Shown one piece after another: positions 50,698-63,000 of a DNA stretch of 64,000 nucleotides; the stretch's first letter is position 1; each line of letters begins with the position of its first letter. The DNA lies in assembly GCA_003971905.1 (NCBI GenBank), contig RSEE01000088.1, positions 62,001-126,000 of the forward strand, given 5' to 3'. The notes under the pieces were generated by a model, which had not been told where the DNA came from, searched no databases, and was given only the letters and a program-made list of their open reading frames with translations. The DNA is from Moniliella sp. 'wahieum' (lineage: Eukaryota). Position numbers and translations under genes: made by a program.

Positions 50698-52655
50698 ATG
50701 CGCATTCTGCACGCAGCCGTGGCTGCCGCCACAGTCACCACTCTCCTTCTCACGCCTGCCAGCACGCTGGCAGCTGCGACCCCCTCAGCCCAAGCCGCCA
50801 AGCACCACCATCCGGCGCACAACCCCAACATCCAGCACGGCGGTACTGTGCCCAAAGGCGCAGGCCCTGTTGATGTCAACAATGAAGCGGCTGTGAAGGA
50901 ACGCGTACGTCACCTCTGGGCCGAGGTGGAGAAGACCAAGCCGGTAGAGCGGGCGGCACGAGAGACAGTGTACCGCAACTTTACCGATGCTGAGTGGCGT
51001 CCTCTTCCCACCTCTCTCCTTCACCGCCCGGACCAAACCGATTTCGGTCGCACCACCACCAACCACACCAAATTGCCCGGGCACTTTTTGTGGGGGTATG
51101 CCTCGGCGAGTGCGCAGGTGGAAGGCGCGGTGAAAGCGGATGGACGTGGTCCGTCGGTTTGGGATTGGTTTGCCCACCGGACCGATGGCATGATGAATGG
51201 CGACACGTTTGATGTGGCCACCAACTTCCGTTACATGTACCCGCTGGACATTAAACGTATCGCCGCCATGGGTGCCAAGCTCTACTCTTTTTCCATCTCC
51301 TGGTCGCGCGTGATGCCCCTTGGTCGTGGTTACGTCTCCCAAGCCGGTCTCCAGTTCTACAAGGACCTCGTCACGGAAATTCACAATAACGGCCTGAAGG
51401 CAGCCGTCACCCTCCAGCACTGGGACATCCCTCTCTACCTCCAGATCTCGGAAAATGGACTGCAAAACGAAACCTACGCCGACGCGTTTGCCGAGTATTC
51501 CCAAGTCATCCTTAAAGCACTGGGACCCATGGGAGTCGAGGTACGTCATGATCTCTCCTTACCTTCCTCTGCCCTCCATTGTAATGGTTGCGCTGCTGTT
51601 CCCTTGACCCCTCGCTCACATGCGGCGTTCATGTTCCCCTGACCTATCATTTCCTTCCTCTTCAGCATTGGGTCAGTCATAACGAGCCGCAAACCATGTG
51701 CCAAAACCGGTACCTTAAAGCCCTGGCGGGCGTGTACGGATACAGCAAGCCCCCTCCCTCGGCGGAGTGGATGTGCTCGGCGATGACGATCAAAGCGCAT
51801 GGGCGAATGAACGAGCTGATGCAGCAGTTCCGTGCCAATGGCACGCTGTCCAAGAATGCCCAGCTTTCCTTCAAAAACAGTGGCAGCCTCAACGTCGCTT
51901 GGAACGCGAGCAACCAAGCGGACCAAGAAGCCAACCAGCGCAGCATGGAGTTTGGTCTGGGCATCTTTTCCGATCCGGTCTACAGCGACTCGCACGACTA
52001 CCCCAGCCTGATCAAGAAGGAGGTGCCGGCGGCCTGGCTGCCGGCGCTGACGGCGGACGATAAGCGGCGGCTGAACAATTCGGCGCAGTACTTTGCTTCT
52101 GACTGGTACTCGAGTTCGGTGGTGCAAGCACTCCCTCCTGCCGAGCGCGCCCAGTGCATCGGCAACTCTTCCCACCCGGAATGGCCCAACTGCGCTCAGA
52201 GCCCTATGGTTCGCGCCGATGGCTGGCCGCTGGGCACCCAGTGGCCCGACCTGTCGTGCGACTGGATGTCCAACACCCCCGGCCAATTCCGCCACCACTT
52301 GCAGTACATTGCGCATCGCTGGCCCGCGCCGCAAGGCATTATCGTCACGGAGATTGGCTGGCCCGAGCGCGACGAGGCCAACAAGACCCAGTCCTGGGAT
52401 TTGGTACAGGACACCGGACGACAGACCTACTACCTCGACCACCTCAACCAGATCGCCGAAAGTGTCCATACGGATCACCTGCCCATTCGTGGTGCTTGGC
52501 TCTGGTCTGCCACTTCCAACGTAGAGTGGGAGGTGGGCAAGTTGCCCCGGTTTGGAACTAGCTCGGTCAACTACACCGACCCGAACCTGCCGCGCACTTA
52601 CATGGGCTCTGCCTACGTCGTCCGCGATTTCTTCCGGCAACATCTGCCCCATTAA
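50698..52655 (+). CDS. Glycoside hydrolase family 1 beta-glycosidase with signal peptide (610 aa); intron 51541-51665
   Basis: FLWGYASASAQVEGA...GRGPSVWD, YSFSISWSR, VTLQHWD, acid/base HNEP and nucleophile VTEIG. The N-terminus MRILHAAVAAATVTTLLLTPASTLA is hydrophobic. Confidence 0.93.
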
Positions 52656-54422
52656 AGGTCACGAAGTTAGTAGAGGTAATGCCGGGCCACAGCAGCCACT
52701 GTCTGCCCGGATTGCCGCATTGCCTCGATATTTTCTTGGTTCTCCCAAACCCAAAGCACCCCTTGTCCAGATGGAGTGTTGGGGTTGGAAGCTCTTCAAT
52801 GAAGTTTCGAGGGCGAGGCAAGAACAGATATATGCATTTTTCCCCACGTGCAACCACACGATTCATGACTGATGGAAAGGCGACCTATAGTAAATCAGGG
52901 ATATGTAGAACTAAGACGGTAAGGGCACCCATTGTGAGGGAAAATTATAAGGTGGACCTACTGTCCGTGTCAAGCAAAGGAGTAAAACCAGGAAAGAGCA
53001 CGGTTGACTGGCCAGACCTTTTGTATTCGAACACGCCATTCGCGTCCGTGCCTCTGGTGTCAAGCTTCAAGGAAGGGCTGCACGAGAGGAATGATCTCTA
53101 TCTCTATTCTAGAAAAGAGAACATGGTCCGTGCCAGTGCCACCTCACGTGCCTCACGTGTGGCTGTGTGAGGGTGTGCGTTGGCTGTTGACCGTTGACTG
53201 TTGGCTGCGATTGCATATGGGAGGGGAGGACATTGTTGGTGGATCCGGGCAAGTAAGAGTGTTGGTGTGCAATGGGCATATTCCGGCCGCTGCACAATGA
53301 CGGTGTGTGGGTGTCCATGTTTTGAGGCTTGGGTATAGTGCAATCACCACAATCAGTGTGATTCGTCTGGGTAGTATACGAAGGACGTATACGCATGCAT
53401 GACATGCATGACGTCACGGTCAACAACGAATGATTGATGAACGTAATGAACGTTCAAGCGGACCATGGAGAGGAAAGTGCATCACGCGCCACAGTCAAGT
53501 ATGCTGATGCGCTGTTGATACGTTGATACGGCAAATGATAGGCGCCACGAACGCACTGGTCCACCGGCGTGCTTGGCCCGCGGTGTTATGCTTTTGTTGG
53601 CATTTGGATCCTCCTGAAGCTTGAAGGGACGGCTTTAATTGTGTGTGTTGAACATACTCTTACCGATCTATTGGATCACGTCGTGATCATCCATCGGTAA
53701 TACGCGGTCAAAAGCTTCACGCGCTTCACGTCGGGGACCATCTCTTAGTAGTCATCAGGGGCATGGCGTGGGCGGAGGGGCGGGGAGCTGAGAGTTGGTT
53801 GGTCTGAAGCTTGAAGCTTGACGGCCGGGCAACTCACTAAGCGGCAGGGGCGGAAGTCGCTCTGAGAGCTGCCAGGGTTTGGCAGCAGGGCAGAGAGGAG
53901 AATTCGACGAGAGATCAGCGATCTGGATGGGGGGGGGCGGGAGGGCGCGCACTGGCATGGGGAAGGTGGAACTTGGAGGCGCTATCGCCCCCAAACGGCA
54001 GCGAACAGCTTGGTTTCGAGCCGGTCTGCGTGAGGAAAAGAGGGACGATGGAGAATGGGAAGGCAATGATCGTGACGCGTGACGGGCCATGGCGAGTGGA
54101 TGGTGTGTGCTGGTGAGGAGCGGGGGCTGGTAGTGACTAGGTGAGTTGTGACAAGTGATGCGGATGCTCCCCCTTCGCTCGCTCTCCCAGATCTCATGAT
54201 CGATCCATCTCTGCTCTGTCGTCTCATCGATGAGACGATGCGCATGCTAGTAGCATCGTTGCTCTGCTGCGTTCAAGTTGAACGTTGGCACCGTTGACAC
54301 CACTCGGACGGTCGAGAGCGGGGCGGCGGGTGTGGGGCACACTGCCCGTCTGCCCCAGGCGCTGCTGGAATTCTGGGTTTGACGTTTGGGCGCCGCCGCG
54401 GGCTGGGCGGAGCCTGGCAGGC

Positions 54423-56363
54423 ATGGCACCGCAGGCGACACCGCACGGCGCTACCCACAGCACTCGCACCACCGCCCAGCGCCATCGACCGCATCCCCGC
54501 TGCCACCACCTCCTCCACCACACCACCCCGTCCGCCCGGCCATGCCCCCGCCCGCCCTCGCCCTCGCCGCCTCCACCCCGCCCCGGGCCCCGCCACCCCC
54601 GCCCCCCCCCACCCCCACCCCCACACCAGCGCCGCGCCAACCACCTCGACCTCCGACCAGCCCCTGCCGCCGCGCCCCCGCCGCTCGAGCAGCCGCTTCC
54701 GCATCCTGACCTTTCGCAACAACGAGGTGTGTTCTGCGTTTTGCCTCCCCCTCCCCTCTGCCACACCACTGACACCGCGCCCCCTGAAGCCTGCGCCTCC
54801 CCTCCCCCCCGTCCCCGCAGCCCCCGCTGCCCCTCTGCACTTCCTCGCGCACGAACCTGAGCACCCCAAGCGTCAAATCCTCACCCTCCCCCGCCGCTCC
54901 AGCCAGGTTGCTGACCCCGCCATCTCTCCCCCTTCCCCCGCCCGTCCACGAGGGCGAGCAGCAACCGTTTCTGTCTCTCCCGATGGTTCCGAAATAAGGA
55001 GGGGAATCCACACCACTTTTGATCCACCCGAATCCTTGGCACTGAGCCCCCCAGCGTTCTCGCCCCCCACACCGTCTCCCCATCGCCCCCGGGTGGATTT
55101 TGACGAGTTTCTCAAGCACGACGAATGGACCATTCAGTCCTCTGTACCGTCCACTTCCCCCCACCCTGCCACCCGCGGAGAAGGAGGAAAGGACACCGAC
55201 TCGCCCCTCTCATCCGAGGGAGAGGGGAGGAGTATTGGCTCCCTCACGCAGTGGGCCAGCTCACTACGTGATCCTCTCAAATCCAAACGCCCTTCCCTTC
55301 CCCCCATGCCACTCTCGTCCAAGTCCATTCCGCCCCGGCCAAGGAGAGAAGACACCACTTCCACCCCGTTCCTCTTTCCTGCCTTCCCACCTTCCCCGAC
55401 TCCCGATCCCACTTCTACCCCGGTCCTTCCCCCTCCCCCCTGCCAGCCATCCAGGGGAGCTCGATCCATGGAGCTACGGGGTTTCGGCCCTATCCAGTGG
55501 CAGTATCAACTCCGTCTATGTCCCACCGGAGGGCACGCCTGCCGTTGTCGAGGGGGGTGCCACGCCACGGGTTTCAACGCCACCCAAAAAATGGCGCCTG
55601 CTCACCTCCGTACCAAGTCCGAAGCGCATCGTCTAGCCCGCCGCGATGCACGGCCGTACCGTGCAGAAGAACCGACCATCTCTGGGATCTTGCATGATAT
55701 AGTACCCTCATCCTTCTGACGACCTCCCAGAGCCAGAAACGTTTTTGGCTGGCTTACCGCCTCACCCTGCTGGCCAGGAGGACGATCTGTGGCCTACCCT
55801 CCAGGCCACGCGGGCTGCTTGCCTCCACCTCCAGCGTGGCAAACAGGGAAAAGGAATGGAACAATTGTTGGCTGCGCTGGGGCTGGACGATGGGGTAAGA
55901 AGGTCGTCATCCCCTTCGGTTGTTCCCTCCTTGTCTCACGACCGCGTCAGCGTCGTGCCCCACCCGCCTATACGCTCATCCAAAAGCCCTTCGCTCTTTT
56001 CGGAAACGAACATTTCGACCCAATCTACCTCCAGGGGTACGGGAGGGAGACCAGTGACAGTACCTAAAGCCGCTCGTGCAGCGGCCTCTCTCGACACGGA
56101 CCGCATCGCACGACAGCGCAGGTACAGGTACAGGACGGGCCCAGCACCAGCGCCGTACCAGGCCAGTGCATGTACAAGTACCCGACACCCCTTCCGTTCC
56201 GCTCGTTTCAATCCCTACCTCTCCTCGCCGAACCCGCATCAGCGAACAAGACGCCGCACTCTATCGCAAGTTCACACAGCGCACCGAAGAACGTTTGGCC
56301 CAACGTGCCGAACTTGATCGGGCCCTGGACCTGGCTGCGCGCGAGGCAGTTGGGGGGATATGA
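54423..56363 (+). CDS. Hypothetical Pro/Ser-rich protein; frameshifted, structure uncertain
   Basis: Chain of overlapping + strand ORFs (54379-55719, 55100-55636, 55745-56317, 56076-56363) with coding-like composition; no recognisable domain. Confidence 0.4.
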
Positions 56364-56953
56364 TGCCGGCCCTTGTCAGTCTCTCCCCTAGGCAGGGCCC
56401 TGCTTCCACGGCAAGGGCCGGAAGGGCAGAGGCCGGGGGGGTGAAGTAGGGCGCGGCGATTCCTCTGGGTTTGTGGGCATTGATATCCTGTTTTTGCTGT
56501 GGCTGGGGGGTAGATTGTGTAGCGGGGGGACAAAGGGGGAGGCCGGGAGCATTGGTGCTCGCATGTGACTGGGACGGGATGTGGGATGTGGGATGGGATG
56601 GGATGGGCGCGAGACAAGGCATCCCAGCCTCGCTGGCGAGATGATTAATTGCGGATTGGATATTGGAGGCGGCAAGGATTCTAGTGCGCAGGCGCGGCTG
56701 TGTCATTATGTCCGCGTGTTGACATTGAATATTGCAAATGGTTAATGCCGCCTGGCACAGGGGCAGTGCCCATGCAGACGGGCGCCGTGCGAAGCTTCCG
56801 AGGCCGGGGACGCCGGCCAAGCGAGCGCAGGCACGACAGCGCACGACGGCTCGACGGCACGACGGCACGACAGGGGCGCCGCCGGCCCAGGTCGTTCGCC
56901 TTCTGCCACCACCACCGCCCCTCTCTGCTTCGCTCCGCTCGCCCTCCACCGCC

Positions 56954-57344
56954 ATGGCCTCGACGTTTTTCCATTGGCTCCGCACCCCCGCCGCCCGCGA
57001 CTATTTCCTCTCGACCCACTTTTGGGGCCCCGTGGCCAACTGGGGCCTGCCGCTCGCCGCGATCGCCGACTTGCAAAAGTCCCCTGAACTCATCTCGGGA
57101 TCGATGACTACGGCGCTCGCCATGTACTCGGCGGTATTTATGCGCTTTGCATGGCGTGTCCAGCCGCGTAACTACCTCCTCTTCGTCTGCCACCTCACCA
57201 ACTTCACTGCTCAAAGCGCCCAGCTGGCCCGCTTCGTCGTATGTCCCGCTTCTCCCTACGTGGACTACACCCACAACTGACTTGCTTTTGTCCCAGGCGC
57301 TAAATAAGGAACGCAAAGAAGAAGAAACCAAGTCGAGCTCGTGA
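56954..57344 (+). CDS. MPC1: Mitochondrial pyruvate carrier 1 (110 aa); intron 57239-57296
   Basis: [67 protein letters not shown]...CTGAC...CAG intron. Confidence 0.95.
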
Positions 57345-59730
57345 GCGGCCCCGTGCCCCACCAATCCATTCCTCGCTACCTCCCTCCCTCTCCTCCGGCT
57401 GTGAGGCTGGTTCCTTGCCTCGCCGCTTTATTTGTCAATCAAGCCAGGCTACCCCATACGGGAGGCATCGTTCTCTTTCGTCCTCCTTGTCCCATCAACT
57501 CACTTGGCGTCTCTCTCCCCGCATCGGTTCGATTGTTTTCCGTGCTTAGAAACCTCAACGGAGTTGGGGTTGGGGTTGGGGGGGGAGGGAGGGAGGAAGG
57601 GCGCCGCCCCCGAAGTCCCTCCCCCACAGCTTCTTTCTCCTTTACTCACCTGGCCCTCGCTTGCACTTTTGTCTCGCCATTGTGGAATGAACGCATTCCA
57701 CCACGCTAGAACGGGCGACGTAGGCGCCCGCATACGCTACGCGCAGCGCGGTAGGCCGAAAGGCACTACAAACGAAGTCGAGGTGAACGGGATTGGGAAA
57801 CTGGGAAGCCGGGAGACCCGGGACCTTGTTGGTGTTGCACGACGCCTTCGCTCTGCCGAGCCAAGTCCTGCCAGGTCTCGCTTCTCGTCGGTAGGTGGAG
57901 GGCCCGCCCGCGCGCCCGATCGATCGATTGCGAACGTAGTGGGTGCGCGGTCGACGTCCTTGCGAGTAGCCTAGACCGGCTGTGTTGTGAGCCCTTGGCT
58001 GACCCAGATGGCCCATTCCCAACAGAGTAGAACAGATTCCAAACTCCCAACTCGCCAGCGATCCCACCTTGGGCGCCAGCACTGAGGCTCAGCTCTGGCT
58101 TATATAAGTAGGCAGATCGATGAGGAATGGGTGAGTGCAGTGTGATGTGTGATGCGTACTCAGACTGAGTGGGCAAGCTACGTGTACGTAATTGGGTGCG
58201 GGGGACAATGTGCTCGTGGACGCACTGGAACATTATAAGTGTGGTGCAGCAACCTGGCCGGACTCCCTTCGCCACATACCTCTCCTGCAGTAATACTCAA
58301 CTCAGTCGCCGCCTGTCCAACGCCTCAGGCACCCCCCAGCGGCGAATCAAGTGTGTGATGCACGTTGAGAGTCCGTATTGGGATCTACCAGTTTGTGGTG
58401 TAAAGCAGCTTCGTCTGTGCTCTGCCGTGCGTTAGTATAGATGTCAAAAAAAGGATTGATAGATCTGCGGCCCCTCCTAGTCTCTCCTCTCGCAAAAGGG
58501 TTAGCTATCGGCTTTCTGTCCTGGCGTGCCAAGTGGGGTTTGGTGTGTCCGTGTTGGATGCACGTACCACTACACTATACGAAAGAGGGAAAACAAATTG
58601 GGTGATAACGGCGAGTGTCATATCGGGAGTCCCGAAGTGTTGGGCCCCACCCCTGCAGTTTAGGGGTACAACCCAGTGGACGTCCAATCGGAGCCACTTA
58701 CGGTTTGTCCGGCCTCAGATCCAGGTTGAACCGAGCGGATGTAGAGACGAGGGAGAGACCCTCTAGTTTCGGTGGCTGTCTGCGCGCCAAGGCCGCAGCT
58801 CATCAGAAACTCCGAGGTATAGGAGCCGCCTATACGTATTAGGTCGTCAGACCAGTTGAAGGCGTCCAGGAACTCCGGGGTACCGTAGTTTACCTGGGGC
58901 GTTACCACACTCGACGCGGTGTAATAGGCGGAGCCAGATGGGGTCCTAACGAAGAGCACGCACTACTGTCATGTGAAAGTAACCGTGGCCTGCAGTGTAA
59001 CCGACGTGAGTCGCAAATCCATAAGGGTGGTATAGAAGGTAGAAGAGCGAGAGCGGAATGGGACGGTTGGAACGGGGGCCGGCGTAACAGCAGGTGCAAC
59101 AAGATGGTCGGTAAGGACCACAGCTAGCAAGCCTTAGACAGGGTTGCATTTATATACAGAAGGAGCCAGGTCTCAAGTGCCTCGTTCCAGGTATAAACAG
59201 AATGTGGGGATGTTTTCCAGAGAGGTAAATAGTACTAATACGCAGGCCGTGCTCACCAAGGCGTTGACGCTGCGCATTCTGGGGCAACAGGTGAACGGTT
59301 CTTCCAAGACTGGGCACGATGAGCAGGGAGCATCGCATCGATGGGCCCATGCGACCATGGAGGGCTACGGATGAGATCCGCAGAACGGGTAAGGCGTCTG
59401 CTGGCCCTTTCCCGCCAGTCTAACGGGACTGACGCGTGTTTGGAGGTGATGTCTACGACATGCGGGGCTTAGCGTCCGGAGAAAACCGGGGCGCCTCGTA
59501 GCAATATGGCTTCCTACTATGGCTTCCTACGGCAGATGTCCAAGGTGGAGGAGAAGCTGCTATAGTAGTACAGGGGTGGGGAGGCGGCGGCACAGTGCAT
59601 CTATAAGGCTGCCACACAATCGGTTTTGGGCGGGTGGCGAAGGGCGAAAGGTGGCCCAACGTGGACATCCCCGTTCTAAACTGCAGACAAAAGTGATGAT
59701 GAGTTGTACAAGGAAAGTATAGTAACACAC

Positions 59731-59802
59731 GCAAGATGAACGGGTCGGTTTAGGCGTATAATACTAGCGTTTCCCTGTCCCAGCCTTAAGCTCTGTCAAT
59801 GA
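59731..59802 (-). repeat. Dispersed repeat copy 2 (inverted partner of 8784-8847, with 8-bp insertion GTATTATA)
   Basis: Reverse complement reads tcattgacagagcttaaggctgggacagggaaacgcta-gtattata-cgcctaaaccgacccgttcatcttgc. Confidence 0.9.
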
Positions 59803-60051
59803 TATAGATGTAGAGATTGAATTAAGGATGCGGCAGTGCTGTCCTCTCCTCTCCTCTCCTCCTTTCACTCTGGCACCTACGTCTTCCTCCCTTTCATCTC
59901 CGGGAATGGTTAGATGTTTTTGGCAGTTGTATTTGTATGTTCCTTCCCGTTCCCTTGGCTTTTCCCCGTGAACCGTTCGCGCTTCGTTACAAAGTAGGCG
60001 GGGACCAGGTGGACGTAGCCGACCCATTCGGGGTGGGTGCCAAGGGGGGAA

Positions 60052-63000
60052 CTAAGCGACGTGCGGCGCCGGTGGAAGGCAAACTCGAGTTCGACGTTGG
60101 CATTGGTGGCATTGGCATTTGCATTTGCATTGGCATTGGCACTTGCATTGGCATTTGCGTTGGCATTTGCATTGGCATTGACGTTGACGTTGACATTGGC
60201 ACTGACGTTGGCGTTGGCGTTGGCGCTGGCGGCGTCGAGGCGGCTGAGGCCCAAGTAAAGGTCGAGGTGGAAGATGTGGATGCGAGGTGGGTGGGGCCTT
60301 CGTGCCCGCCACCGGGGTCTGAGCACCACCTGTCGTTCCAACCAAGCCTCCTGCACGTCCACCTCCACCACCTTCTGCTTGTGCCCCGTGCGCCTCGGCC
60401 TCGGCGCTCGAGGGGCCAACCAACCTCGTGGCGCTCGCCACGGCCGCCGACACGGGATGGCGACGGAGATCGCGCAAGGTACCAGCCAAGACGGTCTGAT
60501 GGACAAAAACGTACTGTCGGGTGGTGGACGCACGACATACGTTGCTCTCGTGCCGTTTCCGTAGCTGCCTTGACCAAGTCCATCGTGCCATGCCAAATGT
60601 CGTCCGTCACCTTATTTTCCCACCGCTCCCGTTCGCGTTGCAGTTCCTGCTCCCGCTCCCGCTCCCGCTCCCTTCGCGCCCGCGCGCGTGCACCCGAACT
60701 CGCACCCGCACCCGCACCCGCCACAGAAGGGGGCGTGGGCATGGGCCCGTCATCGCACCCCGCACCAAGAGAGGCAGAGAGGAGCGAGGAGGAGGAGGCG
60801 ACGCTCACCACGCTCGTCGTCGATGGACGACGTGCCTGGGTCCGCATCGTCAGTCCTGCACCTCCACCAACTCCACCAGTCGCACCAGTCGCACCTGCAC
60901 CAGCAGCAGCAAACGGTGCTTGGGGCTGTGGCGAGGTAGTCGGGCGCGAGCGCGTTCGAGGGCGCCGGGGGGAAGCGAGTTTGGTCGGGGCCGTGTACCC
61001 TGTGGGCGAAGCGAGCCCCCAGGCTGACGCTGCTGGAGCGGCAGCCGAAGCCGACGCTGCAGAGGTCGTGCTCCCCGAGGGGGGCGAACTCATTGTGGTG
61101 GCCATTGATGTTGACGTTGGCATGGTTGCCTCGCCCCCGCCCGCCTCGGGATCGTCCGAGGAGAGGTGGGTACTGGAACTGCGACCGCGTTTGCGTTGTC
61201 TTTCGCGTCCCAGCGGGCGCGCGGCTAGGCCGGCAGAATCGAATGGTAACCGCGCATGGTGCACGGGCCGAGGCAGCGACCCCAGCGGCCCGACCGGTCC
61301 CGTCGATCCGACCGGTCCCAGGATGGGGAAGGAATCGGATCACAATCCCAAGTGCGCAGGGGCGGGCGAGCGGCGGCGTGACGTCGAGCGCGACGGATGG
61401 CATCCAGCATTGAATCTATCACGACAAATGCGCCGGTGCGGCCGACGCCGGCCGAGCAGTGAACGAGCAACGGCGGGGCCGGTTCGCGTGCGCCGGCGCC
61501 CGTTGCGGCAAAGTATGCGGGGGACATGGACGCGGACGAGTAGGGGGCAAGTCCCGGGAGCGTAGAGGGCGATGGCGACCGTGAAAGGGAGCAGGAACGA
61601 GGTGGGGATGAGGATGAGGATCGGGATGGAGATGAGGATCGGGATCGAGATCGCGTGGGTGCAAGTGATCCGTCCGCTAGATTGCTCCTTTCACGAGCTG
61701 GCGGCAGAGAAGGAGCAGGGACGGGGGGTGCAGATCCGGGGAAGGACGTGCTCTGCAGCGTGTTGACCAACTCGATTAAGTTGAGCAGCGACGTGGGCGA
61801 GGCGGGAACAAAGTAATCGGGCCACGCGAGATACTGGATCTGGACCACGTACCGTACCTCGCTTGGTCGTGCGGCCAAGCACAGTCGGAACACGCGACGG
61901 ACAAAGACCACCTTTCCTTCGGCTTCGTCGTCCGTATCGGTAGTGCGGTCGTCGGGGGGCGGCATCGTGGGCGGAAAAGAAGCCCTCGCCAGCGCCACCG
62001 TCGCCGTCGCCGCCCCGGCCACTGGCACCCAGGTCCGTGGGCGTGGTGGGGAGAGGCGAGCCGCTCGTGTCAAGGGAGAGCTGTTCCACGAGGTGGACAA
62101 GTACGTGGCCCGTGTGCGGGGCGGACCAGTACGCATGCGCCTGGGTCCGGCCGGCCTCGTGTTCCTTAGCGAGCATGACCACCACCTTGACCCCTTGTTC
62201 CCAGATGGACGTCCAAAACGCATCAAACGTCGCGGGCAACGGCGCCTGCGTCACAATGTACCGTCGTTCACTGCCCCACTCCACGGCGGGTGCGGCAAAG
62301 GACGCATTGAGGTAATCGCTACCCGGGTCCAGCGCCGTGCGCGGACAACGCAACCGGACACGCGTATGCTCAAAGGGCCAAATGTTATTGTAACGATTGT
62401 CTTGTCCGCGCTCCAGTGCGGCGGCGATGCTAAATGGGAACCAACACCCATCATCGTCCTTTGCCGCGCCGTTGTGGCGTGTCGCAAGGGGTGAAGAGGA
62501 AGGTTGCTGGTGTATGCTGGCGTTGGCATTGGAATTGGTGTTGGATGTGGAATTGGAGGTGGAGGAGGTGGAGGAGGCACCGGCCAAGCGCGGATCCGCC
62601 ACCGTCTCGCTCAACCGGGCCAAGGTGGCATTGAGCCGAACCTGTTCCTGCCGATCAATGTCGTAAAAGTCATGGGCCAATCTCCAATCCCGTTCCGTCG
62701 CCATTGCGTCCTCAGCCCCATTTCCATTCTCATCCCCACCCCCACCTCCACCCCGGTCCCCACTTTCACCCCCACCCGTCTCGGACAGCAGAGGCGGGAC
62801 CAACGTTTGCAAAAACCGGGGCAACCGCGCTCGTTCCCACGCCGTCATGGCCGGTACACGCAGCGGTATTACCTCCGTCACCCCCTGGGCCAACTCGCGG
62901 TTTTGACGCACATTATCAAAGAACGGATTGGCCGCTGCGGCGGCCAGGATGGTCGTCGTCCCACCGGTCCCAGCCGTGCCACCGGTCCCAACAGCCCCAA

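Noticed and set aside
44699..52655. Secondary-metabolite cluster (Dabb + decarboxylase + GH1)
   Set aside because: No backbone enzyme, tailoring oxidase, transporter or regulator nearby.
8784..59802. Giant TIR transposon or Starship carrying 51 kb cargo
   Set aside because: No transposase or tyrosine recombinase, no TSD, and the contents are core housekeeping genes.
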